Source: a virus (Duplodnaviria > Caudoviricetes). Taken from it: 32,015 bases of DNA. Position 1 is the first letter of the stretch. Each line of letters begins with the position of its first letter. This document shows positions 24,193 through 32,015 of this stretch, piece by piece. The stretch is taken from positions 1 through 32,015 of the IMG/VR virus record IMGVR_UViG_3300033405_000056. The stretch is one strand, 5' to 3'. The notes under the pieces were generated by a model that worked only from the letters and a program-made list of their open reading frames with translations, was not told the DNA's origin and did not search any database. Position numbers and translations under genes: made by a program.

Positions 24193-25974
24193 TCACCAGC
24201 CCCGGCGTATCTCTTCGCGCGAAGCTGCGTCGCGAGCCTTGCCATAGAAACTGATTTCCTTGCGCACCAGGCCCTCGACCTTCGCCGGGCGCGGCATCCG
24301 CGTGATAGCGATGATGGCGAGCGCCAGCGCGATCACCGTGTCATCGTGGCAGCCGGATTGGTGCTCAGCCTTTCCGTTGGGCTTGATGACGAAGGTCATC
24401 AATTCGCTCACGGTGATGGGATCATGGAGGGTGATGGCGAGCTGCCGGATGACTTCATCGAGGGCCGAAATGAGCTGCGGCCTGGACACTCCGGATGTGT
24501 CCCATCCAAGACGGTCGCCCCGGATCTGCGGGTCCCGGTCGGGGGTGACCGAGCGGTGATAGAGCAGGCTCGGTGGGTAGTCCGCATTGATTACGGCCTC
24601 CAGCATCGACACCCCGCCGCCGCCAGGATTACGCTCTCCGCAAATTTGCGCCATGTTGTAGAACTTGCCGACTCGCGCGACATACCGCCCCGATTCGCCT
24701 GGCATCATGCGAGCACGCAAAACGGCGCATTGTTCGCCCGTATCGCGGTCGAGGACCTGGCCGCAGGTCCAATCCGGATTGGCCTCTCCCTTGCCCTCAT
24801 TGATGTCGAGGCCCTGCGCACAATCGGCCCCGAGTACATACAGGCGTCCCTTTTCGGGCCGGCGCCAGACCCGGAAGGCGCCGTGCTCGTTGGGACTCAA
24901 GACCAAACGCTTTTCCCCTGCGCCCACGTCCTCGACTTCAAGTTCGCCCGCGAGTGGAGCTGCCTTGAAGTAGATCTTGGTGAGATGCGGAATCGAGAAA
25001 CGAGTGCGCGAATTGGCGGCGAAAGCTTCCTCCGGGGTGCAGGGATGCTCTCGCCGAAACCGTGTCATGTCGCCATTGAAGTCGTTGGCGATCGTCCACC
25101 GTCTCCAGTTGAGTTGCGGAAGGTCAAGGTTGTACTTGCCCTTTAAGTCCCACTCTTCGCGCGAGAGACTGTCTTGGAACCGATCCGGGGGGATCGCGAG
25201 CGGCATCCGGTTGGTCGGATGCTCCCACCAACCCATGAAGATGCCGAGCCATTCCGAATCCGAGCCCGGGTCCATCGCCTGCTGCCACATGGTGTGGAAG
25301 TAATCGCCAATGGTTTTCGCGGTCCCCTCGACGATGGCGCACGTATCCGGCAGCTTCGGCACCGCACTCATGACCGCGGCGAGCGTACCGGCGGGATCCG
25401 GATAGTAGGGAAACTCGCTGAAGTGAACGTTGGTGATGCGGAACGATCGCCCGAAGTTCACTGAGCCAGCCGTGTGGATCTGGATGAAGCTCGATTTGGG
25501 ATCGCCGCCGAATTCGTAGTAAATGCGATCGCTGAGCGGATCCGATGGCGGTAAGCCGTAGCCGTCGATCCATTGCCCCTCGGCGGGGTTCACCTTCGAG
25601 GGTACGAACACCGGCCGGCCGAGGCTAAAGGGCTTGTAGGTGTCGTGGAACCGCTTGTAAATGCCGAAGATGTTACGCGTCGACGTGTCGTCATGGGCAA
25701 GCACCACGGTGTGGACGCCGGCCGCGAAGGCGGTCTGGTGGAAGTAGCGCGCCGCGGTACCGGTAGTCGCCTGGATCCGCCGCGACTTCAGGTAGATGAT
25801 GCGAACCGGGCGCCCGATTTTTCGTTGCCGCTCGATGGCTTCGTCGAGCCTGATCTGGCCAGGCCCGAGCACCATCGGTACCAATGCGCGCTGCTCGTTC
25901 TCGACGGTCAGCGACTCGCGGGCGAAGGTGGCGTGGTTGGCGAACTTGCGCGCCAGGATCTCATGATCGAGCAC
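24193..25974 (-). CDS. terL: Terminase large subunit
   Basis: IIYLKSRRIQATT (variant Walker A), VHFSEF (Walker B), VEGT, FRREHP..PEEAF, YVLGADCAQG and HDDTVIALALA nuclease motifs. Confidence 0.93.
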   Translation of the reverse strand: MLDHEILARKFANHATFARESLTVENEQRALVPMVLGPGQIRLDEAIERQRKIGRPVRIIYLKSRRIQATTGTAARYFHQTAFAAGVHTVVLAHDDTSTRNIFGIYKRFHDTYKPFSLGRPVFVPSKVNPAEGQWIDGYGLPPSDPLSDRIYYEFGGDPKSSFIQIHTAGSVNFGRSFRITNVHFSEFPYYPDPAGTLAAVMSAVPKLPDTCAIVEGTAKTIGDYFHTMWQQAMDPGSDSEWLGIFMGWWEHPTNRMPLAIPPDRFQDSLSREEWDLKGKYNLDLPQLNWRRWTIANDFNGDMTRFRREHPCTPEEAFAANSRTRFSIPHLTKIYFKAAPLAGELEVEDVGAGEKRLVLSPNEHGAFRVWRRPEKGRLYVLGADCAQGLDINEGKGEANPDWTCGQVLDRDTGEQCAVLRARMMPGESGRYVARVGKFYNMAQICGERNPGGGGVSMLEAVINADYPPSLLYHRSVTPDRDPQIRGDRLGWDTSGVSRPQLISALDEVIRQLAITLHDPITVSELMTFVIKPNGKAEHQSGCHDDTVIALALAIIAITRMPRPAKVEGLVRKEISFYGKARDAASREEIRRGW

Positions 25975-25991
25975 TCAGCCCGCTTTTCGAC
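25972..25991 (-). promoter_or_regulatory. GTCGAA late-promoter motif (terL)
   Basis: GTCGAA-AAGCGGGC-TGA-GTG. Confidence 0.65.
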
Positions 25992-26011
25992 GAGGTTAGC
26001 GGTGCCGTGCG

Positions 26012-26332
26012 TCAGTCTTCGATGCGGGAAAGGATGGTGCGAGTGTGACCAACCAGGCAGGCAAGGCGCGTGGAGATGCGGGCAAGGGTGTCGTCGACGC
26101 TGCTCGCCGAGTTGCACACTTCATCTGCCGGCTGGGGTTTGTATACGAACAGGAATCCGTCAATCCTCTGCAGAGTGTTTTCCAGCTCGGCTACGAACTT
26201 CAGGCATTCGTCCGCTTTCGCAATGAGGCCAGGCTCCCGGATGGGGTCCGGAGCCTGCGCGCAGATGTTGGCCTGATTACACTGCTGAGAGTTGAGCCGG
26301 CCATTCTCGGGCGGGCGTGAGTTTTTATTCAT
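26012..26332 (-). CDS. Hypothetical protein
   Basis: ATG 9 nt after GTCGAA; fills the gap before terL. Confidence 0.6.
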   Translation of the reverse strand: MNKNSRPPENGRLNSQQCNQANICAQAPDPIREPGLIAKADECLKFVAELENTLQRIDGFLFVYKPQPADEVCNSASSVDDTLARISTRLACLVGHTRTILSRIED

Positions 26333-26347
26333 GCCCCAACATTCGAC
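26330..26347 (-). promoter_or_regulatory. GTCGAA late-promoter motif
   Basis: GTCGAA-TGTTGGGGC-ATG. Confidence 0.7.
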
Positions 26348-26380
26348 GCGCGCCGCGGCGCCGTGCGCTACGCTGGCGTT

Positions 26381-26548
26381 ATGACAGCTCAGGAGTTCTG
26401 CGATTCTCTTGAGGAGGCACTCCGCGCGGAGAATACCGGAATCGAATTATGGCTCAGCCATGACGAGTATCAAGAGGCCAAAGCTGAAGGTGAGCCCTTT
26501 CCGGATTTCCTGGCGAGGGCACTCAAACGCGCGCGCTCGATAATATAG
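26381..26548 (+). CDS. Small acidic hypothetical protein (55 aa), probably leaderless
   Basis: TACGCT-N6-ATG (26369-26383); MTAQEFCDSLEEAL... Confidence 0.55.
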   Translation: MTAQEFCDSLEEALRAENTGIELWLSHDEYQEAKAEGEPFPDFLARALKRARSII

Positions 26549-26564
26549 TTCGCTATTACGCGGC

Positions 26565-27218
26565 CTACGCGGCCTTGTCGAGTCCCATGCCCCACATGAG
26601 CACCTTGGCTCCCAGCGTAGCCCGCGCACTCGCTAGCTTCGCCCGTGCCCACGCCACGCTGCGGCGCCGCTTCTCCGCGATCGCGATCAATGAGGCGCCC
26701 CCCACCGACATGGTGAATACCTCGCGTTCGTCTGCCGGCAAATCCTGGACCGCCTGCGAGAGCAAGTAAGCCTGCTCGCGCTTCTGCGCGGTCTCTTCGG
26801 GCATGGGGGCATTGTCGCGCACAATCCGAATGGCGGCCATCTTGCGCGGATCGGGCCTTTCGATGTACCCTTCGCCCACCCCGCTCTCGTCGATCGTCAC
26901 CAGGCTGAGGGTGTCATCCTTGTACGCTCGCCGCTTGTGCGCGTCGATCATGGCGCCGCGGATTCTGAAGTAAGAGAAGGCCTGGAACGTCTTGCCCTTC
27001 GCAGGATCGAACAGCCGATCGGCTTCGAGCAGCCCCACGTATCCCGACTGGATGAGATCCTCGATCGAGACGTGGGTCATGTGCCGGTGCACCTGGCGGG
27101 CAATACGCTCGACGATCGGGACGCATTCGAGCAAGATGGCCTCGCGGTTCTTTTTCCAGCGCACGCGGGCCGCATAGCGCGCCCACTGGGTCCGGGTCAG
27201 CTCAATCTTTTTGGGCAA
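26565..27218 (-). CDS. Phage-encoded sigma-70-family sigma factor, FliA/WhiG-like
   Basis: Region 2: EDLIQSGYVGLLEADRLFDPAKGKTFQAFSYFRIRGAMID; region 4: LSQAVQDLPADEREVF...SLIAIAE. Confidence 0.9.
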   Translation of the reverse strand: MPKKIELTRTQWARYAARVRWKKNREAILLECVPIVERIARQVHRHMTHVSIEDLIQSGYVGLLEADRLFDPAKGKTFQAFSYFRIRGAMIDAHKRRAYKDDTLSLVTIDESGVGEGYIERPDPRKMAAIRIVRDNAPMPEETAQKREQAYLLSQAVQDLPADEREVFTMSVGGASLIAIAEKRRRSVAWARAKLASARATLGAKVLMWGMGLDKAA

Positions 27219-27672
27219 AGGGATCCACTCCGGTCAAATCGAAAAAAGCCTGCGCGGTGATCAGGCGCATCTCGTGGACCGTCTCCTCTTTCGGTTTGCC
27301 TTGCGCCAGTTCCATCAGCTCGCCGTGGCGCTCGATCGCGCGCAACCGCGTGAAATGGTCGGCTGAGTCCGTCTTTTCGGCCACCAGCGCATCGCCCAGC
27401 GCATCCATGACACGCGGCAGCAGCGCTTCCAGCTCGGGCGTGTAGGGTGCGATGGCGCGAGTAATAAGGAATTGGGTTTCCTTTTCCGCGGCGATCCTGC
27501 GTACCGTGCGGTCCGTGCAGCCCAGCTCCCGGCCGATGACCTTGCTTTTCTTGCCGGCGACGATGCCGGCGGCCACTACTTTGCGCTTGCGAGTCTTCTC
27601 CGCGGCCTTATTGGGCAGGGGTTTTATGGGTTTCTTGGGCGCGGCCTTCTTCGGCGCGGCTTTACGCGGCAC
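27202..27672 (-). CDS. Putative terminase small subunit (HTH)
   Basis: Lys/Pro-rich N-terminus; HTH SKVIGRELGCTDRTVRRI; upstream of terL. Confidence 0.6.
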   Translation of the reverse strand: MPRKAAPKKAAPKKPIKPLPNKAAEKTRKRKVVAAGIVAGKKSKVIGRELGCTDRTVRRIAAEKETQFLITRAIAPYTPELEALLPRVMDALGDALVAEKTDSADHFTRLRAIERHGELMELAQGKPKEETVHEMRLITAQAFFDLTGVDPFAQKD

Positions 27673-27937
27673 GGGGCCTCGCGTAGAAACGCTCCCTGAG
27701 TTGGTCCCAGCCGCAGTTGATGGCCGCAGCCTGGGCGCGCTCTATCATGGCCGCAGCCTGGGCGCGCTCTATCGGGGACTCGACCCACGCGAGCCCGTTG
27801 GGCGACTCGATCCACCCGAGACCGTTGCCAGGCCCCGGCAGAAACTGTAATTGCCTTGCGCCGTGGATATCGCAATCCGCGCGCGGTTCGTTCTTCCGGA
27901 CCACGTCGGTGCAGCCGCAGGCGTATTCCACGATCAT
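27662..27937 (-). CDS. Hypothetical protein with internal 9-aa duplications
   Basis: ATGA overlap start; NGLGWIESP/NGLAWVESP and IERAQAAA twice. Confidence 0.55.
   Translation of the reverse strand: MIVEYACGCTDVVRKNEPRADCDIHGARQLQFLPGPGNGLGWIESPNGLAWVESPIERAQAAAMIERAQAAAINCGWDQLRERFYARPRAA
27720..27773. repeat. Perfect 27-bp tandem duplication
   Basis: ATGGCCGCAGCCTGGGCGCGCTCTATC at 27720-27746 and 27747-27773. Confidence 0.9.
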
Positions 27938-28329
27938 GCGGCGTCCCTCATCCCCTGCTCGGCCCGGCAGGCCTCCGCATGGTCACAGGTCTCCTGGTAA
28001 CGACAGTGGACGCACAACGGCGCCCCCAACTCACGGATCACCTCGGTAAGGTGTTCAACACAAAGGTTCGTTCCCGGGCCGAGCGCCCGCCTCGAACACG
28101 TCTCCACCTTGCACTTGATCGAGAGCCGCGTCGTATCGGTTCGCGTGCCACACTTCCCGCAGTACGCCGAGCTATAAGGCTGTTCGAATTGCTGGGACAG
28201 CTCTAAACGCCCGTTACAGAAGGGATTCGGGCACGGCCAGCACCACTCCGCGTGCTCACCGCGGCCGAACACGCAGCGCTCGCAGCACTTCGCGCCAGGC
28301 TTGTAGGGCCGCGACATCAGATCGCTCAT
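27934..28329 (-). CDS. Cys-rich (Zn-binding) hypothetical protein
   Basis: Start MSDLMSRP at 28329; multiple CxxC motifs. Confidence 0.55.
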   Translation of the reverse strand: MSDLMSRPYKPGAKCCERCVFGRGEHAEWCWPCPNPFCNGRLELSQQFEQPYSSAYCGKCGTRTDTTRLSIKCKVETCSRRALGPGTNLCVEHLTEVIRELGAPLCVHCRYQETCDHAEACRAEQGMRDAA

Positions 28330-28454
28330 AAATCCTCCGCAGCGTCGTACCAGAGCCACGCCAGGCACAACAGGTTGATCGCCAGGTACGTCCCCCACTT
28401 GAAGCTGAAGCCCACGAGCCAGCGGTCCCACTGCCACGAGAATTCGAACGTCAT
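28326..28454 (-). CDS. Small Trp-rich hydrophobic protein (42 aa)
   Basis: MTFEFSWQWDRWLVGFSFKWGTYLAINLLCLAWLWYDAAEDL with ATGA overlaps on both sides. Confidence 0.5.
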   Translation of the reverse strand: MTFEFSWQWDRWLVGFSFKWGTYLAINLLCLAWLWYDAAEDL

Positions 28455-28657
28455 GCGGCTTTTGCCTCGTCGATCGCCCGACTGACAAGCTCGCGCAGTC
28501 GGCCCTTGCCGCTGGTTAGGCACTTCAGGCATCGCGCTCTCGTCGCCGATACCCTGCGCCCGCAGTTGCCGAGGCACGGGCGTGATCCGCGCTGATGGTG
28601 CGCCGGGAGCCTCCTGGGCGGATTCAGCACGGGATTGTTGAGAGGACAATGCATCAC
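28451..28657 (-). CDS. Small Zn-finger-like protein
   Basis: CLGNC...CLKC; coupled by 4-nt overlaps. Confidence 0.5.
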   Translation of the reverse strand: MMHCPLNNPVLNPPRRLPAHHQRGSRPCLGNCGRRVSATRARCLKCLTSGKGRLRELVSRAIDEAKAA

Positions 28658-29100
28658 GCGGCCTTGGGCATCTCTGCCGGCGCGATCGCTACCGGCTTCA
28701 GCGTCCGGTAGCCTGAGCGTTCCTCGGTCACCAGGCCCGCTTGCGCGCTCTTGGGCACGTGTTTATCGATTGCGCCCAGCGGCAGGTTAAATGTCGCGAT
28801 TACCCCATCCAAGCCCAGGGTTTTTCGCAAAATGTTGAAGAGTTTGCGCTGATCAACGATGGTCCGCTCGTTGCGACGCGGGGATAATTGGACTTCCCAG
28901 CGATCGCCCCGCACCACAATAGGCAGTTCGGGAGGCGAATCCTCGAACCAGCTCTCGATCTCGGCCTTGAGCGTCTCCAGCCTTTGTTCATCAGGCTCCG
29001 AGAGGGCAAGGCGCCGTTTGATTTCACCGAATTCGTCCAGCTTTGCCCGCCGGATGGCATCCTCGGGCGTCCCGGAGCGAATGGGCACGACTTTAGCCAT
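28654..29100 (-). CDS. Hypothetical phage protein
   Basis: First gene after an AT-rich divergent intergenic region; N-terminal coiled coil. Confidence 0.65.
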   Translation of the reverse strand: MAKVVPIRSGTPEDAIRRAKLDEFGEIKRRLALSEPDEQRLETLKAEIESWFEDSPPELPIVVRGDRWEVQLSPRRNERTIVDQRKLFNILRKTLGLDGVIATFNLPLGAIDKHVPKSAQAGLVTEERSGYRTLKPVAIAPAEMPKAA

Positions 29101-29173
29101 TCTGAATTAAGTATTTGCGTTTGTTTGACGGTTTAACAGTACGATTAGTGAAAGGGAGAAGTACCTACGAACA
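29101..29173. promoter_or_regulatory. AT-rich divergent promoter region
   Basis: Markedly AT-rich gap between divergent genes; TACGAT at 29140-29145 on the plus strand. Confidence 0.55.
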
Positions 29174-29482
29174 ATGTCCACACCCACCCTCACGCCCCAG
29201 GAGACCAGGCTCGTCGAGCTCGTCTGCCAGGGGTTACCAAACAAGCAGATTGCTCATTCCATGGGGCTGTCGAAGAACACGGTCCCGGTGTATCTGCATG
29301 AGCTGTTCCTGAAAACCGGCGCCCGCTCGCGCACAGAGCTTGCGTTGTGGTACGCCCGGCGCGGCGCCATCTCGACAGAAAACTACCAAGCCATACGACG
29401 TGCGCTCAAGTGCAGCAGTCTCACCACCGATCAGAAGCGCGAGTTGGCGATCATTCTGCTGGACCTGCCGATAGCGGCATAG
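29174..29482 (+). CDS. LuxR/GerE-type HTH transcriptional regulator
   Basis: LTPQETRLVELVCQGLPNKQIAHSMGLSKNTVPVYLHELFLKTGARSRTELA. Confidence 0.9.
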   Translation: MSTPTLTPQETRLVELVCQGLPNKQIAHSMGLSKNTVPVYLHELFLKTGARSRTELALWYARRGAISTENYQAIRRALKCSSLTTDQKRELAIILLDLPIAA

Positions 29483-29708
29483 CCTCGGTTCGCACCGTGG
29501 CTTCGGCGAGCTTGACCAGCACGGCCCGCAGATCCGGATCCGCCGCCACGATCCGCACCGAGTAGCGGCAGTGTCCCCAGCCATTCTGGACTGGGAACAT
29601 CTCGTGCAGTTCCTGGGCACGATCGTAGTCGGAGAGTGGCTTCGGCGTGATCACGATCACGCGGCCGAGAATCTCGATAAGGGTGTGATCGTCCTGGTAG
29701 TGGATCAT
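29451..29708 (-). CDS. Hypothetical protein
   Basis: ATGA coupling to the upstream ORF. Confidence 0.5.
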   Translation of the reverse strand: MIHYQDDHTLIEILGRVIVITPKPLSDYDRAQELHEMFPVQNGWGHCRYSVRIVAADPDLRAVLVKLAEATVRTEAMPLSAGPAE

Positions 29709-30193
29709 AGCTCAACCTTGACCGTCGTCAGCTTCGGCTCCCGGTATACCGCCGCCTCCTCGTTGATTAGCCGGATGCCGGCGTCAATGTCTTCCTGAGT
29801 GATGGTAAATTCATACCTCACCTTCTCGGACACTGGCGTCGCCAGGTCAAGCCTCCCAGTCGCGAAATCCTCTTCCTCGATTTGCTCGACGCACAGCGTA
29901 AAATCTATTACCAGCCCGGGAGCAGGGTGCCTCCCCAGGCGCAGGGCGTGTGCGATGGCGGCCGCGCGGAGGGTGGCATCATCGAGTCCTCCCACAATAT
30001 GCGTAGCCGCGGCCTCCATGCGCCCGGTCGCGCTAACGATGACTTCCAGCGCACCCTGCAGGTCTTCATGGCTGTACATGAGGGAGTGCAGCTCCTTGTT
30101 GACCAGCTTGGCATCGCGGCAAAGCGCACGAAGGATGTCCAGCTCGTGGCGTTCGTCGAGCGGCGCGGCCAGGCTGATGCGCGGCGAGATCAT
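29705..30193 (-). CDS. Hypothetical protein
   Basis: ATGA coupling; natural amino-acid composition. Confidence 0.6.
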   Translation of the reverse strand: MISPRISLAAPLDERHELDILRALCRDAKLVNKELHSLMYSHEDLQGALEVIVSATGRMEAAATHIVGGLDDATLRAAAIAHALRLGRHPAPGLVIDFTLCVEQIEEEDFATGRLDLATPVSEKVRYEFTITQEDIDAGIRLINEEAAVYREPKLTTVKVEL

Positions 30194-30393
30194 GGCTTCT
30201 GCCCGTTCCGAATATCCACGCCCGCTAGAAGTGCCACGCGTTCGACGTCTGCCGGCGTTACTCCGGTTCGCAACGTTTTATACGCACCACGAGCCAACAG
30301 TGCAAGGGCGTTCCACTCCTCCGCCCCGTTGCTCTTGACGTAGCGCCGTGCTTTCCAGATGGCGTTTACCGCAATCGCTTCACCTACGGTCAC
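30190..30393 (-). CDS. Hypothetical protein
   Basis: GTGA-coupled start (MTVGEAIAVNAIWK). Confidence 0.5.
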   Translation of the reverse strand: MTVGEAIAVNAIWKARRYVKSNGAEEWNALALLARGAYKTLRTGVTPADVERVALLAGVDIRNGQKP

Positions 30394-30572
30394 GCCTGCC
30401 CCCATCCTTCCACACACACGATCCGGTACCGCCGCGGCCACGGGCTCGCCGGCCCGTCTGCATCCTGGATGGTCGCATTGAGCTCCGCGCAGAAGTGCCG
30501 CGTCTCGGGCTCGTGGCTCTGGAGCGTGTCGCCGCAGGCGCACTCCATGATGTAGACGGAGGAGCTCAGCAC
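30390..30572 (-). CDS. Small Cys-containing hypothetical protein
   Basis: GTG overlapping the upstream stop region; ECACGD motif. Confidence 0.4.
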   Translation of the reverse strand: MLSSSVYIMECACGDTLQSHEPETRHFCAELNATIQDADGPASPWPRRYRIVCVEGWGQA

Positions 30573-30859
30573 AAAACGGGCTCCATCCGCGCCTCTGCCC
30601 CGAGGCAGTCGTACCATTTCCCACGGATCTCACGCAGGTACAAAATGATTGGGCCCGGCAGATTCATCAGCGCAACAGCGTCGACCTCCGGCTGTTTCTC
30701 CATGATGGTCATGGCATCGTTTACGAAGCAGTCCTTTGGGCCGCGCGAAATCGACATGATCCATCGGACGCCTGGCGCGCCTCTGCGCCACACGTGGATG
30801 CAGGTAGCCTGCACCCGTCCTTTGGGGACAGCGAGGGCCACATGCTCGCCGTCGGTCAT
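30566..30859 (-). CDS. Hypothetical protein
   Basis: ATG 30859 after a GGGAGG SD, with ATGA overlap. Confidence 0.55.
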   Translation of the reverse strand: MTDGEHVALAVPKGRVQATCIHVWRRGAPGVRWIMSISRGPKDCFVNDAMTIMEKQPEVDAVALMNLPGPIILYLREIRGKWYDCLGAEARMEPVLC

Positions 30860-31074
30860 CCTGCCCTCCCGACCAAACGAGCGCTGCCGCGCGTGATATA
30901 GCCCACCGCGGCGCGCTCCACGCGGTCGAGGGCTTCGGACGCCATCGCCACCGTGTGGATCGCCTTGCAGGCTGCGCAGCCAGGCGGAGGCAGTTCCCCA
31001 CGGACCGTGTACTGCGCCCTGGGGTGCGTCGGGCACTTCAGCGTGAGACGCCGGCGAGCTGGGAGGGTCAGCAT
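30856..31074 (-). CDS. Small Zn-finger-like protein
   Basis: CPTHP...CAAC; AGAGG SD. Confidence 0.55.
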   Translation of the reverse strand: MLTLPARRRLTLKCPTHPRAQYTVRGELPPPGCAACKAIHTVAMASEALDRVERAAVGYITRGSARLVGRAG

Positions 31075-31418
31075 GGATCGGGCCTCTTAACCGTGTTCAT
31101 TGGCCACGTAACCGCGGGGTACGAGGACGGCGCACAAGGCACGACGCCGAACACTTCGCGCAAGACCCACTCCAGTTCGTCGATTTGCCGCTCGAAGGCG
31201 TCTATTTCGGCATCTTTGTAGGGGATGGGGCCGTAAACCGCGTGCGCCGCGGCATCATCGTCATCGTCGTCGTCGTCGGGATCCTCCATCGTGCGAACGC
31301 GCAGCAGCTCGCCGCTCAGCTCGCGAATGCGGTCCTCGATCATCTTTATCTGCCGCTCGCGTTCGCCTTCCGCGCGTTTGGCGCGGTCGTAATCGGCGAT
31401 GAATTGTGCTGGGCTCAT
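31068..31418 (-). CDS. Coiled-coil protein with a poly-Asp tract
   Basis: Start MSPAQF at 31418; DDDDDDDD. Confidence 0.55.
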   Translation of the reverse strand: MSPAQFIADYDRAKRAEGERERQIKMIEDRIRELSGELLRVRTMEDPDDDDDDDDAAAHAVYGPIPYKDAEIDAFERQIDELEWVLREVFGVVPCAPSSYPAVTWPMNTVKRPDPC

Positions 31419-31606
31419 CCCTCGCCTCCCGCGGCGCCCACGAGCGGCACATCGAGCGCCAGGCCGTCGCACGCGCACGCGCTACAGACGGGCGGATTCA
31501 GAGTGATCCAGTGGCAGGGTACGCCTGTCTCGGGATCGACACACGCGGCGTCGTCCGTGCAGCCGCAGTGGATACAGCGGCGGTAAGGTTCAGGATGGTG
31601 CTTCAT
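31415..31606 (-). CDS. Small Cys-rich phage protein
   Basis: RRCIHCGCTDDAAC...CHW...CSAC, a common small phage Zn-binding protein type. Confidence 0.65.
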   Translation of the reverse strand: MKHHPEPYRRCIHCGCTDDAACVDPETGVPCHWITLNPPVCSACACDGLALDVPLVGAAGGEG

Positions 31607-31803
31607 GACGCTGCCCTCAGTTCGCCCTCGCCCATGAAGTGGAAGCGCAGCTTCGCCCGCAAATCCGGATGGAGCTGCGCTTCGTCGATGATCGCGCCGT
31701 GCGGGCAGATCGTCTCACCCACCACGGCTTTCGTCAGGTTGGCCTTTTCGTCGTCTGTGAAGTGCCGCTGGACTTCCTGCCAGCGGCGTAACGGGATTTT
31801 CAA
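31603..31803 (-). CDS. Hypothetical protein
   Basis: Coupled by 4-nt overlaps; GAGGAG SD. Confidence 0.55.
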   Translation of the reverse strand: MKIPLRRWQEVQRHFTDDEKANLTKAVVGETICPHGAIIDEAQLHPDLRAKLRFHFMGEGELRAAS

Positions 31804-32006
31804 TGGCTTACCGCTCCTCTCTCCGCGCAGTCGCTCTTCAGGGCCTCAACGGCCTCTCTTATCAGTCTGAAAGCGTGGCAGGCGGTATCGTGATCCTGCC
31901 AGAAATCTTCCAATGTGCCAATCGGGAGTCTGTCAGGCAGCTTGGCGGCGAAGCTATCATGCGCCCGCCATTGAAGACTCTGCACCAGGTCCTCCAGCAC
32001 CTTCAC
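31800..32006 (-). CDS. Hypothetical protein (start may lie outside the window)
   Basis: In the operon with the downstream small ORFs. Confidence 0.45.
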   Translation of the reverse strand: MKVLEDLVQSLQWRAHDSFAAKLPDRLPIGTLEDFWQDHDTACHAFRLIREAVEALKSDCAERGAVSH

Positions 32007-32015
32007 TGTGCCGTG

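Noticed and set aside
23806-25146. Long plus-strand ORFs (also 6837..7928, 8519..9841, 17408..18322, 21357..22418)
   Set aside because: Antisense shadows of GC-rich minus-strand genes, with no recognisable motifs.
2434-30246. Other TTCGAC/GTCGAA hexamers inside genes (e.g. near 2434, 2479, 10898, 14909, 16719, 18834, 22243, 30241)
   Set aside because: Explained by coding sequence (e.g. Val-Glu codons); they lack the GGC-ending spacer and an in-frame start at 8-9 nt.
31251-31277. GAC/GAT trinucleotide run
   Set aside because: Simple poly-Asp coding tract.
31968-31977. CCATTGAAG resembling a CRISPR repeat end
   Set aside because: Inside a CDS, with no stem or partner half-repeat.
1-32015. 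cas genes, full CRISPR array, integrase, tRNA, endolysin, DGR reverse transcriptase
   Set aside because: None recognisable in the window; lifestyle and host cannot be determined from this segment alone.

Overview
This window is about 32 kb of a high-GC tailed phage or prophage with a podovirus-type layout, read almost entirely on the minus strand. From right to left it carries small early/accessory ORFs (many Cys-rich), a divergent LuxR-type HTH regulator, small terminase, a phage-encoded FliA/WhiG-like sigma factor, large terminase, tiny lysis-like ORFs, portal, scaffold, major capsid, a beta-helix tailspike-like protein, four paralogous head-tail ring proteins, a split tail nozzle, tail fibres, a GH43-like hydrolase, a GNAT protein and ejection proteins. 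Two non-coding signals stand out. (1) A cas-less, single-spacer, split-repeat mini-CRISPR (type I-G-like repeat halves, own sigma70 promoter) sits right after the portal gene; its spacer is a codon variant of a portal segment, so it appears to target a related phage while the resident copy is diverged. (2) A motif GTCGAA-N(2-6)-GGC, usually followed directly by a start codon, occurs at 16 sites across the late region; it is probably the -10-only promoter of the phage sigma factor and would give mostly leaderless mRNAs. All calls were made by eye from the sequence; no database searches were run.
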